A DNA stretch of 64,000 bases from Deltaproteobacteria bacterium (GCA_020633895.1 JACKCT010000005.1:1-64000), one strand, 5' to 3'. Counted from the stretch's first letter, positions 1 through 10,699 are shown. Numbers and translations are program-made. Notes: a model not told the origin generated them from the sequence alone.

Positions 1-118
1 AAGATCGGAAGCGATTCCCAGATCGGTCGGAGCGAAGCGACGCCCCCCCAAGGCACTCCCGACAACGCGCCAGCGTCAGAGATGCGAAACATCTCCCAGT
101 CCGTGCCGACTACGGCAC

Positions 119-1498
119 TTAGTGGACTTTCATTTTGCCCAGGACGACGGCGACGGTTTCCATGAGGATTTTGATGTCGAAGGCGAGGGAGACGTTTTTG
201 ATGTAGTAGAGGTCGAGCTGGAGTTTTTCCTTGGCGTCCTCGACGGTGGCGCCGTAGGGATAGCGGACCTGGGCCCAGCCGGTGATGCCGGGTTTGACCA
301 CGTGGCGCTGGGAATAATAGGGGATGACCTCGGCCAGGCGATGGACGAAGTAGGGGCGCTCGGGCCGGGGGCCGACAAAGCTCATTTCGCCCCGGACCAC
401 GTTGAGGATTTGCGGGATTTCGTCGACGCGGAAGCGACGGATGAATCGGCCGATGGGCGTGACGCGCGGATCTTTTTCCTGGGCCCACTGCGGGCCTTCC
501 TTCTCCGAGTCGGTGTACATGGAGCGGAATTTGTAGACCGTGAAGGTCTGTCCCTTGAGGCCGACGCGCTCCTGGCGATAGAGGATGGGGCCGCGGTCGG
601 TGAGCTTGATGATGAGCGCCACGATCACGCAAAGGGGCGCCGTGGCGATCAGCAGGATCGTGGAGGCCAGCAGGTCGAAGGCCCGCTTGGTGACTTGCTG
701 GAACCGGCCGACCTTGAAGCCCTCGGAGAAGATGAACCAACTGGCGCGCAGGCCTTCCAGGACGATTTTGCCGGTGAACTGCTCGTGGAATTGGGTGCCT
801 TCGGTGATGGTGACACCGCGCATCTTGAGTTCCATGAGCTGCTTGACCGGCAGGTTGCCTCGGGACTCTTCCATGGCCACGACGATCTGGTCCACGTCCC
901 GGTTCTCGCAGATTTCGATCAGTTCGTCCCGGGTGCCGATGATATGGTGGCCGCCGGTGACTTCCTCGCCCAGGCGCATCGGGTCCTTGGTGATCAGGCC
1001 GACGACGCGGTAGCCCGAGTGGCGATAAGCGTCCACCTCGGCGATGACCACCATGGCCGCCGCGTCGTCACCGACGATCAGCAGGTTCTTGTTGAACGCC
1101 ACGTCCCCGGAGATCGTCGACCACACCAGCCGGTAGAGCACCGTAAAGAGCATGACGTACACGACCGTCAGGGACAGGATGCCGCGCCCGATAATCAGCG
1201 GTGGATAGGTGTAGTAGACGGCGGTGAGGATCACCAAAACGGTGATGTTGACGATCAGCAGCCGGTTGACGAACTCCCGTAACGAGAGATGCAACTGGAT
1301 CTGGTAGAGGTTCCAATACTGGAACGAGCCCTTGTAGACCAGAAACGCCAGGATCACGGCCCAGCGTTTTTGCGGGTCCAGGAAAGGGTCGAAGTCTTCA
1401 AGCAGAAAGCGCGTCTCGGACGCGGCGAAGATGGCCGCCAGGATCAGCAGATCCTGAAAAAGCGTATAGACAAAGACGCGGCTGGATCCCAGCGCCAA
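119..1498 (-). CDS. Exopolysaccharide/O-antigen priming enzyme: polyprenyl glycosylphosphotransferase (WbaP/EpsB 'bacterial sugar transferase' family)
   Basis: 459-aa ORF with an N-terminal multi-TM block, a central NAD-binding-like linker and a C-terminal sugar-transferase catalytic core (…KFRSMYTDSEKEGPQWAQEKDPRVTPIGRFIRRFRVDEIPQILNVVRGEMSFVGPRPERP…). Motif order and length match full-length WbaP-type enzymes. Strong GC3 codon bias. Confidence 0.85.
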   Translation of the reverse strand: MALGSSRVFVYTLFQDLLILAAIFAASETRFLLEDFDPFLDPQKRWAVILAFLVYKGSFQYWNLYQIQLHLSLREFVNRLLIVNITVLVILTAVYYTYPPLIIGRGILSLTVVYVMLFTVLYRLVWSTISGDVAFNKNLLIVGDDAAAMVVIAEVDAYRHSGYRVVGLITKDPMRLGEEVTGGHHIIGTRDELIEICENRDVDQIVVAMEESRGNLPVKQLMELKMRGVTITEGTQFHEQFTGKIVLEGLRASWFIFSEGFKVGRFQQVTKRAFDLLASTILLIATAPLCVIVALIIKLTDRGPILYRQERVGLKGQTFTVYKFRSMYTDSEKEGPQWAQEKDPRVTPIGRFIRRFRVDEIPQILNVVRGEMSFVGPRPERPYFVHRLAEVIPYYSQRHVVKPGITGWAQVRYPYGATVEDAKEKLQLDLYYIKNVSLAFDIKILMETVAVVLGKMKVH

Positions 1499-1883
1499 GG
1501 AGCCACCTCAAACTTCGCGGGCGAAAATTACAATAGACCCGCCGAGATGACCTGCCCGCGCCCCATGGTTTCTCGGCGAACTGCCGGTAAAGTTTTGAAC
1601 GATACCGGAGCTTATTGTCGTCATTCCGGACCAATGGTCAAACGTTCCCGACGGCGCCTCCGTGTTTTTGCAAAAAGGCTCCATTGCGGTCCGTTTGATG
1701 TCACCGATTGTGAGGGGATGTCGGGCGTTTAGCAAGTTTTGTCGGATTTTCGTGTCGGGGACGGGCCCGGACGCGCCCTTGCGCCGGGAGGCACGGGCGT
1801 TTAGTCTGGACATTCCGCCTTATCTTGGGTATCGAGAGGCGGCAAATCCAATCGTTTTTTTGTCCTAGGAATTGAGGGAACCC

Positions 1884-3887
1884 ATGGCTGATACGCCTTT
1901 GGACGCGCAAAAACTGCGCCGTGTGGCCGATACCATTCGTTTTTTGGCGGTCGACGCCGTTCAAAAAGCCAACTCGGGGCATCCGGGCATGCCGATGGGG
2001 TGCGCCGACCTGGCCGTGACCCTTTGGGCGCGGCATTTGCGTTTCGACCCGGATGACGCCAATTGGCGGGGGCGGGACCGCTTCGTCCTGTCCAACGGCC
2101 ACGGCTCCATGCTGCAGTACGCGCTGCTGAATCTGTTCACGTCCCACATGCCGATGGATCAGATCCGCGACTTCCGCCAGCTTCACAGCACCACGCCCGG
2201 CCATCCGGAGCGGGGCGAGACCGAAGGCGTGGAAGTCACCACCGGCCCGCTGGGGCAGGGCATCGCCAACAGCGTGGGCCTGGCCCTGGGCGCCAAGATG
2301 GGTTCGGCCCGGTTCGGCGGCGGCGAATTCGATCCGGCGGGATACCGGGTTTTTTGCATCGTCGGCGACGGATGCCTGATGGAAGGCATCAGCTACGAGG
2401 CGGTCAGCCTGGCCGGCCACTGGAAGCTGGATAACCTGTGCGTCTTTTATGACGACAACGAAATCTCCATCGACGGGTCCACCGACCTGACGTTTTCCGA
2501 GGACGTGCCGGCCCGGTTCGCGGCGGCGGGCTGGGAGGTGGTGGACGTCGACGGCCACGACTACCAAGCCGTCGAGCAGGCCATTGAGCGCTTTGAACAA
2601 TCCGACCGGCCCACCCTGATCGTCACGCACACCAAAATCGGCTACGGCGCCCCCACCCTGGAAGGCACTGCCAAGACGCACGGCGCGGCCCTGGGTGAAA
2701 AAGAGATCGCGGCCATGCGCGAGAAATTCGGGTGGGAATACGCTCCCTTCGAGGTTCCCGGGGATGTGACCGAGTTTTGCGCCGAGATCATCCAGGCGAA
2801 AAAGGAGCTGCGGGCCGACTGGGACAAGTCGTATGTGGCTTGGAAGAACGCTCGGGAGGACAACGGTCTTTCGTTCGATGTGTTCCATCAGCGCCGACTG
2901 CCCGACGGGCTCTACGACACGCTCATCAAAATGGCGCCGACCAAGGTGTCGGCCACCCGCGCCCACGGCGCCGAGGTGATTCAGCAGGTGGCCCGGGAGG
3001 TTCCCGCGCTGGTGGGCGGCGCGGCGGATCTGGCCGGTTCCACCAAGACGACCATCAAGAACTCGCCCCATATCTCGGCCGAGGATTTCTCCGGCCAGAA
3101 TATGCACTTCGGCATTCGCGAACACGCCATGGCGGCCATTTGCAACGGGCTGGCGGCGGCGGGCGGGTGGTTCCCCTTCGCGTCCACGTTCCTGGTGTTC
3201 GCCGATTATATGCGCCCGTCGATCCGCTTGGCGGCGATCATGAAGACGCCGACGATTTTCGTGTTCACCCACGACTCGTTCCAGGTGGGCGAAGACGGGC
3301 CGACGCACGAGCCGATCGAGCATCTGGAGTCGTTGCGCGCCATTCCCGGACTGCGGGTGCTGCGCCCGGCGGACGGCATCGAGACGGCGGCGGCGTGGTT
3401 CGCGGCGCTGCATTACGACGGTCCGACCGCGCTGATCCTCACCCGGCAGGACATCCCCGCCTTCGATCGGGACAAGGAGTTTCATTCCACCGATCTTTTG
3501 CGCGGCGCCCAGGTGGTCCAAAGCGGACTGAACGAGCAGGCGACCCTGGTGGCCACCGGCTCGGAGGTGCCCGTGGCCTGCGAGGCGGCGAAGATCCTGG
3601 CTGAAAAAGGCATCAATGTGCGCGTGGTGTCCATGCTCTGCCGCCGCCAATTCCAAAACCGCCCCAAGGACGACCAGGACCGGACCATTCCGCCGTCCCT
3701 GCCGATGGTCTCCATCGAGGCCGGCGTGCCCGGCGCGTGGGGGACGTTGGCCAAAAGCGGCTGGCTGCATGTGGGCATCGACCATTTCGGCGCCAGCGCC
3801 CCGGCCGAGGATCTGATCAAAGAGTTCGGGTTTGACCCGGCCGCCGTTGCCGATAAGATCGAGGCATGGTTATCGGAGCGGGATTAG
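1884..3887 (+). CDS. tkt: Transketolase
   Basis: N-terminus …AVQKANSGHPGMPMGCADLAVTLWARHLRFDP…SNGHGSMLQYALL is the canonical TPP-binding transketolase signature; about 667 aa. The ATG at 1884 is preceded by a GAGGG Shine-Dalgarno (SD) sequence. The track ORF starts at an upstream TTG at 1872 that overlaps this SD. Confidence 0.92.
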   Translation: MADTPLDAQKLRRVADTIRFLAVDAVQKANSGHPGMPMGCADLAVTLWARHLRFDPDDANWRGRDRFVLSNGHGSMLQYALLNLFTSHMPMDQIRDFRQLHSTTPGHPERGETEGVEVTTGPLGQGIANSVGLALGAKMGSARFGGGEFDPAGYRVFCIVGDGCLMEGISYEAVSLAGHWKLDNLCVFYDDNEISIDGSTDLTFSEDVPARFAAAGWEVVDVDGHDYQAVEQAIERFEQSDRPTLIVTHTKIGYGAPTLEGTAKTHGAALGEKEIAAMREKFGWEYAPFEVPGDVTEFCAEIIQAKKELRADWDKSYVAWKNAREDNGLSFDVFHQRRLPDGLYDTLIKMAPTKVSATRAHGAEVIQQVAREVPALVGGAADLAGSTKTTIKNSPHISAEDFSGQNMHFGIREHAMAAICNGLAAAGGWFPFASTFLVFADYMRPSIRLAAIMKTPTIFVFTHDSFQVGEDGPTHEPIEHLESLRAIPGLRVLRPADGIETAAAWFAALHYDGPTALILTRQDIPAFDRDKEFHSTDLLRGAQVVQSGLNEQATLVATGSEVPVACEAAKILAEKGINVRVVSMLCRRQFQNRPKDDQDRTIPPSLPMVSIEAGVPGAWGTLAKSGWLHVGIDHFGASAPAEDLIKEFGFDPAAVADKIEAWLSERD

Positions 3888-3959
3888 GGCGGCCCCCAAG
3901 GCGCGTCCTCGGGCGGTGTCGCGGCATGACGCCCGCCGCCGTGTCGGTCGGGCGCTGAC

Positions 3960-5555
3960 GTGTCGAGTCGGCGCGTCGACCGCCCGATGGATCGGGCCGA
4001 ATATCTTTGGCTCGCGGCGATTCTGGCCGCGGGCTTCGCCGTGCGTCTCTACTTGCTCCTCGCCTACGAAAACATCTTCTCCTGGGAGGCCGAGGACTAC
4101 TCGAAGATCAACCTCGTCCTGGCTTGGATCGAACAAGGCAAGCCCTATCCCGACCCCAACTTCGGCCCTCTGCACACTTGGCTCATCTATCTGATCACCC
4201 TGCCGTTCGAGGATCGCGTCCTGCCCGTGCGCTTGGTGTCGCTCGTTTGCGGCACGGGGGCGCTCGCGGCGTTTTTCGGCATGGCGCGATTCACCGTGGG
4301 CCGCACGGCGGCGTTGATCGCCACGGCCCTGTTCGCATTCTATCCGGTGCATGTACGGGCCAGCGCGACGAGCCTGGCCGAGGCGCCGTACACGCTGTTG
4401 TTTTTCGGCGGGCTGTGGGCCTTCGCTCGATATTGGCGAAGCGACGGACCGCGCACGGCGTGGGTCGCGGCGTCGGGACTGATGCTCGGGGCGGCGGGGA
4501 TGCTGCGTTTCGAGGCGTGGCTGTTCTACCCCGGCTTGTGCCTCTGGGCGTTGGCGGCGGACAAATCGGCGAAGGGCTTCGCCAAGGCGTGCGTCTACGG
4601 CGTGATCCTGGCGGCGTTTCCCCTGTGGCATATGTATTACTGCTGGAAGACCGCGGGCAATCCGTTTTCCTTCGGCGCGACCTCGGCGGCGAGCTTCGAG
4701 CTTTACCTGCCGTCCATGCCCTTGTCCTATCGGGCGACGGCGTGGTTGCAGGCGTTCTGGCTGGCGATGAGCCCTTACTTGGCGGTGACGGCGCTGCTGG
4801 GGCTGGTGTGGGCGGCGTTCGCCCGGCGGGGCGGATTTCTGTTGACGCTCTTTGTCTTCCCCTTTGCGCTGATGAACTACCGCACCCTCCAGGGGCAGAT
4901 CGACCCGGCGCTGCTACGTTACAGCGTGGTGCTGGCGGCGTTGTTGATCCCCACCGGCGCGGGGGCGATCGAGGAAACGGGAAAGATCCTGGGGCGGTGG
5001 CTCAAGCGCCCGGCGATAATTTCCGGCGTGGTCACGGCCGGGCTGTGCGTGGCGATGACGACGTGGGCGCTGGCCCAGGCCGAGGAGAACCGGCTGCCCG
5101 AGGATCTCAAACATCTGGCGTCGTTCCTGGCCCACGACACCGCCGACGGTGAGCGCATCATCCTGGACAAGCGCTTCCACCCCTATCTGGTCGTGGAAAG
5201 CCGCAAGGATCCGGCGTCCCTGCGCACCCTAATGTACGCCGGAGGCCCGGTGCCCGCCCAGGACTACGAACGCCTGGCGCGCAAGTTCTTCCCCTTGTCC
5301 GACCGCCACGCCCCGGAGGTGCCGCCGGGCCGCGACATCAAGCTCTTCGACCGCACGGCCTACGAGCAGATGATGGACGAGTTCAACCCGACCCTGCTCG
5401 TGCTGGACTTCGAGTCGGGCGGCAACATCCAGGCCTTTCCCATCGAGCCGGACGAGGAATCGGCCGTCATCGACGGACGCACCTTCACCCGCGTCTTCCG
5501 CGAGGGCGAATACGCCGTTTTCAAGATCGCACCGGCCGCCGAGGGGGACGAATGA
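3960..5555 (+). CDS. Polytopic membrane glycosyltransferase, GT-C superfamily (PMT/ArnT-like, GT39/GT83-like), with a C-terminal soluble domain
   Basis: About 11 predicted TM helices. An acidic first-loop motif (…FSWEAEDYSKINL…) sits after TM1 as in ArnT/PMT enzymes, and about 150 aa of soluble C-terminus follow. It is a paralogue of the next gene. Start uncertain: GTG at 3960 or ATG at 3987. Confidence 0.55.
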   Translation: MSSRRVDRPMDRAEYLWLAAILAAGFAVRLYLLLAYENIFSWEAEDYSKINLVLAWIEQGKPYPDPNFGPLHTWLIYLITLPFEDRVLPVRLVSLVCGTGALAAFFGMARFTVGRTAALIATALFAFYPVHVRASATSLAEAPYTLLFFGGLWAFARYWRSDGPRTAWVAASGLMLGAAGMLRFEAWLFYPGLCLWALAADKSAKGFAKACVYGVILAAFPLWHMYYCWKTAGNPFSFGATSAASFELYLPSMPLSYRATAWLQAFWLAMSPYLAVTALLGLVWAAFARRGGFLLTLFVFPFALMNYRTLQGQIDPALLRYSVVLAALLIPTGAGAIEETGKILGRWLKRPAIISGVVTAGLCVAMTTWALAQAEENRLPEDLKHLASFLAHDTADGERIILDKRFHPYLVVESRKDPASLRTLMYAGGPVPAQDYERLARKFFPLSDRHAPEVPPGRDIKLFDRTAYEQMMDEFNPTLLVLDFESGGNIQAFPIEPDEESAVIDGRTFTRVFREGEYAVFKIAPAAEGDE

Positions 5556-7006
5556 CCCCCGTCGTCAAGCGTGTCCTCATCGCCTTGATCGTCTTCGGCG
5601 CGCTGGTGCGCCTGGGCATGCTCATTCATTTCCCGAACCTGGATTCGGCCGAGGCGGAAAGCTACAGCAAGCTCAACCTCCTGCTGCAGTGGGATGAGCC
5701 CACGTCCCTGTGGTATCCGGACACCAACTTCGGCCCGCTGCACATGCCGATCCTCTGGCTGCCCTATAAGCTTACCGGCAGCCTGGTGGGCGCCAACCGC
5801 TTCGTCGCATGGCTGTTCTCGGTGGGGTTGATGCTCCCCATCTTCTTCCTGGTGCGTCGGGTGGCCGGGGACAAGGAGGCGCTGGCGGCGGTCGCGCTTT
5901 TGACCATGGCCGCGTTGCCGCTGGCGGTCGGGACGATCACGTTGGCCGAGGGGCCGTACCTGTTCTTCTTTTTCACGGCGCTCATGTATTTCGCCCGCCT
6001 GATCGACAAGGCCGAAACCCACCGGACGCACGTCCTGCTCCTATTCGCCCTGTTCGCCAACGCGGCGATGGCCATGCGTTTCGAGTCGTGGATGTTCCTG
6101 CCCATGTGGCCGCTGGTGATCTGGTATATGCGCGGCTTCAAGCTCGCCGCCGCCGCGACCGCGTTGCTGTCCGCTTTCCCGATTTTGCACATGACGATGA
6201 GCTACAAGATCGTCCACCACCCGCTGGGCTTCCTCATTCAGAGCGCCCAGATTACCGCGATGAACTCGGCCCAGGTGCCGCTGGACGAGCGCGCCGTGTC
6301 CTGGTTCAAGACGCTGATCGCCGTCGAGGGCGAGCCGATGCTCGTGGCCGGGATTTTGGGCGTGATCGTCGTCCTCGCCGGACGCAAGGCGCGGCTGATC
6401 GCCGGATTCTTCCTGTGGCATTTCATCGTGGTGGAGATCCAGGCCCTGCGCGCGGCCATGGCGCCGGAGTTGTATCGCTACGCGGCGCTGATGGTGGTGC
6501 TGCTGATTCCGCCTTCGGCGCAGCTTGTCGTGAAAATCACCACCGCGACGGTGCGCAAGCACGATCTGTGGATTCCGACGGCGGTCGGCGCGTCCCTGCT
6601 GTTGTCGGCGAGCACTCTGCCGTATCTTTCCCGCGTGCAAACCGACGTGGACCTGGCCAACGTGACTTATCTGACCGCCGATGCCCTGGGCGAGCATCTG
6701 ACGGCGGAGGACCGCCTGTTCATGAGCAATGAAGCGCACCCCCATCTGGTCGTCGAGTCGGGCCTGCCTTGGAAGGTGTTCCATCTGCCCATGTATACCG
6801 ACGGACAGATCGCGACGCCCGAGGCCTGCAAGGAGGTCTTCGATCGGGTGCATCCCACGGCGATCCTGGTCTATCGCCACGATCCCACCTTCGCCGAGAC
6901 CTTGGGCATCGATGCCTGCGAGCCCACCGAGGTCTTCGGCAACACGTACGCCCCCGTCTGGGAGCACGATCCCTGGTGCCTATTGCGTCGCGAGGATGTC
7001 GAATGA
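5552..7006 (+). CDS. Polytopic membrane glycosyltransferase, GT-C superfamily (paralogue of 3960..5555)
   Basis: Same architecture and conserved first-loop block (…LDSAEAESYSKLNLLLQWDEP…NFGPLHMPI…). Its start overlaps the upstream stop (ATGA at 5552-5555). Confidence 0.55.
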   Translation: MTPVVKRVLIALIVFGALVRLGMLIHFPNLDSAEAESYSKLNLLLQWDEPTSLWYPDTNFGPLHMPILWLPYKLTGSLVGANRFVAWLFSVGLMLPIFFLVRRVAGDKEALAAVALLTMAALPLAVGTITLAEGPYLFFFFTALMYFARLIDKAETHRTHVLLLFALFANAAMAMRFESWMFLPMWPLVIWYMRGFKLAAAATALLSAFPILHMTMSYKIVHHPLGFLIQSAQITAMNSAQVPLDERAVSWFKTLIAVEGEPMLVAGILGVIVVLAGRKARLIAGFFLWHFIVVEIQALRAAMAPELYRYAALMVVLLIPPSAQLVVKITTATVRKHDLWIPTAVGASLLLSASTLPYLSRVQTDVDLANVTYLTADALGEHLTAEDRLFMSNEAHPHLVVESGLPWKVFHLPMYTDGQIATPEACKEVFDRVHPTAILVYRHDPTFAETLGIDACEPTEVFGNTYAPVWEHDPWCLLRREDVE

Positions 7007-7956
7007 AGCGGGCGGCGTATCTGATTCTCACGGTGGCGGGATTCTTCCTGCTGATGGAACTGGCGCTGCGTTCGGCGCAGTTCCAGGCCCCGGCGGACGT
7101 GCTGGACTATCGCCTGAAAATCTCCGGCGAACTGCACGGCGCGCCCCATCCCACGCGCTTCTGGTACCTGCCCGATCGGGAACCCCACTTTCCCGACGGG
7201 GTCTATAAGATTGCTTGCCTGGCCGATTCGGTCACGGTGATGGACCAGGGGCGCGGCTACCCGGATGACCTGTCCGCCGCCCTGGCCGCCCACGGATTCG
7301 GCGAGCCGGTCTCGGTGTTCAACGCGGGAGTGCCCGAATACTCCAGCTACCAGGGCCGTCTCTATCTCACCGAGGATCTGCTGCCCCTAAAGCCCGATCT
7401 GGTCACGATTCAATACGGCGTCAACGACCATTGGCGGGCCCGGGGCGGGGTGGCCGACAAGGACGTGCGCATGCCGGACCCTCAGTGGCTGCGACGGCAT
7501 CGGGCGCTGACGAATCTGCGCTCCTATCAGGCGATCCGGGCGGGGGTGTTGGCGCTGAGCAAGCCCCAGGGGCCGGGGCCCCTGCGGGTGGGCGTGGAGG
7601 ACTATCGGGACAACCTGCGGGCGATGATCGACGATTCCCGGGAGGCGGGGGCGAACGTGATCCTGGTGCTATCGCCTTATCTGGACCTGGGGCACGATCA
7701 GGATTGGGTGCCGATGCACCGCCGGTACAACCGCGTCGCCTCGGCGGTGGCCGAGGAGAAGGGCGTGCCGGTGGTGGACGTGGTGGACAAGCTGCGCTTC
7801 GCGCCGAATCTGTTCATGGAGCCGGACACGGACCAGATTCACTTCAACCGGGAGGCCGGGCGCATGATCGCCGACCGCATCGCCGAAACGGTGGTGGAGA
7901 AATTTCTGCCGGAACGGACGGACGGCCAGGCCCCCGCTCGGGCCGCCGGGCAATGA
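7003..7956 (+). CDS. SGNH/GDSL-family hydrolase (lipase/esterase/acyl-modifying), secreted
   Basis: Signal-peptide-like N-terminus (MKRAAYLILTVAGFFLLMELALR). SGNH blocks I-III and V are present: …IACLADSVTV…, …VFNAGVPEYSS…, …QYGVNDHW…, …DQIHFNREAG…. The ATG at 7003 overlaps the upstream stop (ATGA). The track ORF begins earlier at 6769 in non-homologous sequence. Confidence 0.7.
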   Translation: MKRAAYLILTVAGFFLLMELALRSAQFQAPADVLDYRLKISGELHGAPHPTRFWYLPDREPHFPDGVYKIACLADSVTVMDQGRGYPDDLSAALAAHGFGEPVSVFNAGVPEYSSYQGRLYLTEDLLPLKPDLVTIQYGVNDHWRARGGVADKDVRMPDPQWLRRHRALTNLRSYQAIRAGVLALSKPQGPGPLRVGVEDYRDNLRAMIDDSREAGANVILVLSPYLDLGHDQDWVPMHRRYNRVASAVAEEKGVPVVDVVDKLRFAPNLFMEPDTDQIHFNREAGRMIADRIAETVVEKFLPERTDGQAPARAAGQ

Positions 7957-8099
7957 CCGCCCTTGGCATGGACTTCCGGTCATTCCTTTTCCTCGCGCCG
8001 TCGCCGCATTTGACGCTATTCTCGACGGGCGGCGCGATCCGATTCGCGACACGCCGGTAGAGGGGAAAACGCGTTCAGGGGCGCGAAAGAGCGACAACG

Positions 8100-9503
8100 A
8101 TGGCCGACGACCGACGAAAATTCGACGACGAATCGACGCGGGCGACCGACGCGGATCTGCGCGGTTTGTCCACGTTTCAATTCGCGTTGGTGGTCATCGC
8201 CGGGTTGGCGGTCTTCACGCTGGTGGTGGCCGGTCTTTCGACCTTTCGCCGATCGGCGAGCCTGGGCGATCTTGGCGACCTGTCCATCGACGAGCAGACG
8301 GTGCGCGAGCGGGGCGGGGAGTTCTTCGAGCCGGATATCACCGGCGAACCGGCGCGCGTGGCCCCCGCCGATCGGCCTCGTCCCACGCCGTTGCCCCATC
8401 GCGCCGCGCCCGAGGAACCCGGCCTGGCCGACAAAGTGGTCAACACTCTCCTGCCCGATCCGAATCGCTATATCTACTCCGATAAAAATTCGTCACCCTA
8501 CTACGGCAAGGACGGCGCCCCCGTCGTCCCCGTGCGAATCCGTCGCGACGATCCCCGCATGGCCGGGTTCAAAGAGAAGATCAAATCCATTATCGGCCGG
8601 ATTTTTCGTTATATTCAGGCGCCCGAAAAAGCCGCCAAGCAAGTGCGCGCGGCGAGTTCCACCTATCTGGGCGCCCTTGGTGAAGCCATGCGGTACATTC
8701 AACGCACCGAAGACGGCCGCGTGCTCGTGACCTATCGGCAGGATCTGGACCAGCGGATGATCGTGGCCGAGGCCGGGTATCGGCGGGCCATCGAATCCAT
8801 GATGGATATCTATTTGGAAGGCATCGAAGGCACGCCGAACTGCGTGGGAACCATGCCCAAGCCGGAGGCGCTCAACGACATGCGCCTGCCCACCTTCGAT
8901 CCGAAGCAGCAGGGCGGCGAGGACGCCCAGGGGCCCGATTACATCTTGGGCAGCCAGGCCGCCGACCCCTTCGCCACCGCCGGGCGCATCCGCGATCACG
9001 TGGCCCAGGTGCTGGACTGCGTGGGGCAGGCGAAGGATCCGATCGGCGTGCAAATCGTCGAGGGCAACCGGGAAGTCTATCGCCAGGAGACGCAGCCGAT
9101 TCCGATTCCCGATGCGGAACCGGGGGAAAAGACGTCCATGTTGCCCGGGACCGAATCCGTCACTCCCGGCATCGAACCGGAGGCGACGCCCAAGCCCACG
9201 CCGGCGGTCTACGGCGCCCTCAAGCCCGGTGAGGACGTCGTCACCAAGCCCACACCGACACCCAAGCCCGGCGAGACGCCCGCTCCCGCGCCCACGCCGA
9301 CGCCCGAACCGGCGGGAGCCGTACGCCCCGAGGCCCCTCCGCCCGGTGTGTACGGCGCGCTCAAACCCGGCGAGGATCCTCGCGCCACGCCCACGCCGAT
9401 TCCCGAGGCGACGCCCCCGACGCCGACACCGTTTCCCACGCCCGAGCCCGGCGCGCTGCCCGAGGGCGTCTACGGACCGCTGAACCCCGGCGAGACTCCC
9501 TAG
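8100..9503 (+). CDS. Hypothetical membrane-anchored protein with C-terminal Pro/Thr-rich repeats ([10 protein letters not shown] ×3)
   Basis: A charged N-terminus is followed by a single TM helix (…[21 protein letters not shown]…), a roughly 300-aa domain, then three copies of (A/G)VYG(A/P)L(K/N)PGE(D/T) separated by PTPTPxP tracts. No family recognised. Confidence 0.5.
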   Translation: MADDRRKFDDESTRATDADLRGLSTFQFALVVIAGLAVFTLVVAGLSTFRRSASLGDLGDLSIDEQTVRERGGEFFEPDITGEPARVAPADRPRPTPLPHRAAPEEPGLADKVVNTLLPDPNRYIYSDKNSSPYYGKDGAPVVPVRIRRDDPRMAGFKEKIKSIIGRIFRYIQAPEKAAKQVRAASSTYLGALGEAMRYIQRTEDGRVLVTYRQDLDQRMIVAEAGYRRAIESMMDIYLEGIEGTPNCVGTMPKPEALNDMRLPTFDPKQQGGEDAQGPDYILGSQAADPFATAGRIRDHVAQVLDCVGQAKDPIGVQIVEGNREVYRQETQPIPIPDAEPGEKTSMLPGTESVTPGIEPEATPKPTPAVYGALKPGEDVVTKPTPTPKPGETPAPAPTPTPEPAGAVRPEAPPPGVYGALKPGEDPRATPTPIPEATPPTPTPFPTPEPGALPEGVYGPLNPGETP

Positions 9504-9661
9504 CCGCGCCGCCGAAAATCGGACAACGGCCTTGCGCAATCGGCGTATTTGGGTTAACCGTTTTTCCCGGCCCGTCGCGGCCGATTTTCTTTATTGAACG
9601 CCACGCAGTTCGACGGCGCTGCTTATCGCGTCCGTTGGCCGGCACGACCATGGAGACCACG

Positions 9662-9826
9662 ATGCAGCAGTACGTTTGCCAGGTTTGCGGATACGTCTAC
9701 GACCCGGAAAAGGGCGACCCGGAAGGCGGCATCGCCCCCGGCACCCCCTTCGAGGATCTGCCCGAGGACTGGGCCTGCCCCCTGTGCGGTGTCGACAAGG
9801 ATATGTTTGAGCCCATGGAGGCGTAG
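9662..9826 (+). CDS. Rubredoxin
   Basis: [51 protein letters not shown] carries both CxxCG knuckles of rubredoxin. GGAG lies 6 nt upstream of the ATG at 9662. The track ORF starts at an upstream TTG at 9635. Confidence 0.85.
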   Translation: MQQYVCQVCGYVYDPEKGDPEGGIAPGTPFEDLPEDWACPLCGVDKDMFEPMEA

Positions 9827-9915
9827 GCCGCGTTGTTGCGTCGGCCTGACTGCCGACTTCGCTTCAGCCGAGTACAAGGTGCGGCGCCCGAGACGGGAAC
9901 CGCTCGACGCCCCGC

Positions 9916-10689
9916 CTAAAACAACATGGCCGTCAGGAAATAGTCCGAGATCAGCACCGTCACCGACGAGACGACCACCGATTCGGTCGTCGCCTTGCCG
10001 ACGCCGGCGGCGCCGCGCGTGGTGCCCATGCCCTTGAAGCAGGAGACCACGGCGATGATGAAGCCGAAGGCCGTCGCCTTGACCAGGCCGTTGGTGAAGT
10101 CGGAAAGCTTCACGTAGGACAGAACGCTGTCGTAGAAGTGCTTGGACGGCACGTCCAGCAAAAACGTGGAAACCACCCACGCGCCGAAAACCCCGATAAA
10201 ATCGAAGATCACCGTCAGCGCCGGGATCATCAACGTGCAGGCCACCACCCGAGGCACCACCAGATATTGCACCGGCGAGACGGCCATGGTGTGCAGCGCG
10301 TCGATCTGCTCGGTCACTTTCATGGTGCCGATTTCCGCGGCCATGGACGAGCCGCAGCGCCCGGCGATCATCAGCGCCGAGAGCACCGGGCCCAACTCGC
10401 GGGTAATGGCCAGCGCCACCGCCGGGCCGACCATCACGTTGGCGTCGAAGCTGCGAAAGGCATGGCTGGTTTGCAGGGCCATGACCGCGCCGGTGAACCC
10501 GCCGGTCAGCAGGATGATCGACAGCGAGCTGACGCCGATGAAGTCGACCTGTTTGATGAGAAGTTCGATCCGGTAGGGCGGCTTGACCAGCCAAAGGAGC
10601 GTCTCGTAGACCAGCATGAGGTAGCGCCCCACCTCTTCCAGGGCGCCGATGACCGCCGCGCCGATGGTCTCGAATACCTTGGTCGTCAT
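9916..10689 (-). CDS. mlaE: MlaE-family ABC transporter permease (phospholipid/organic-solvent-tolerance Ttg2B-like)
   Basis: 257 aa, 5-6 TM helices, with the conserved …VSSLSIILLTGGFTGAVMALQ…ITRELGPVLSALMIAGRCGSSMAAEIGTMKVTEQIDAL… block typical of MlaE. Confidence 0.85.
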   Translation of the reverse strand: MTTKVFETIGAAVIGALEEVGRYLMLVYETLLWLVKPPYRIELLIKQVDFIGVSSLSIILLTGGFTGAVMALQTSHAFRSFDANVMVGPAVALAITRELGPVLSALMIAGRCGSSMAAEIGTMKVTEQIDALHTMAVSPVQYLVVPRVVACTLMIPALTVIFDFIGVFGAWVVSTFLLDVPSKHFYDSVLSYVKLSDFTNGLVKATAFGFIIAVVSCFKGMGTTRGAAGVGKATTESVVVSSVTVLISDYFLTAMLF

Positions 10690-10699
10690 GCCTTCAACC

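Noticed and set aside
1701-3785. 694-aa minus-strand ORF overlapping transketolase
   Set aside because: Antisense to an unambiguous tkt gene. The translation is R/G/H-rich nonsense.
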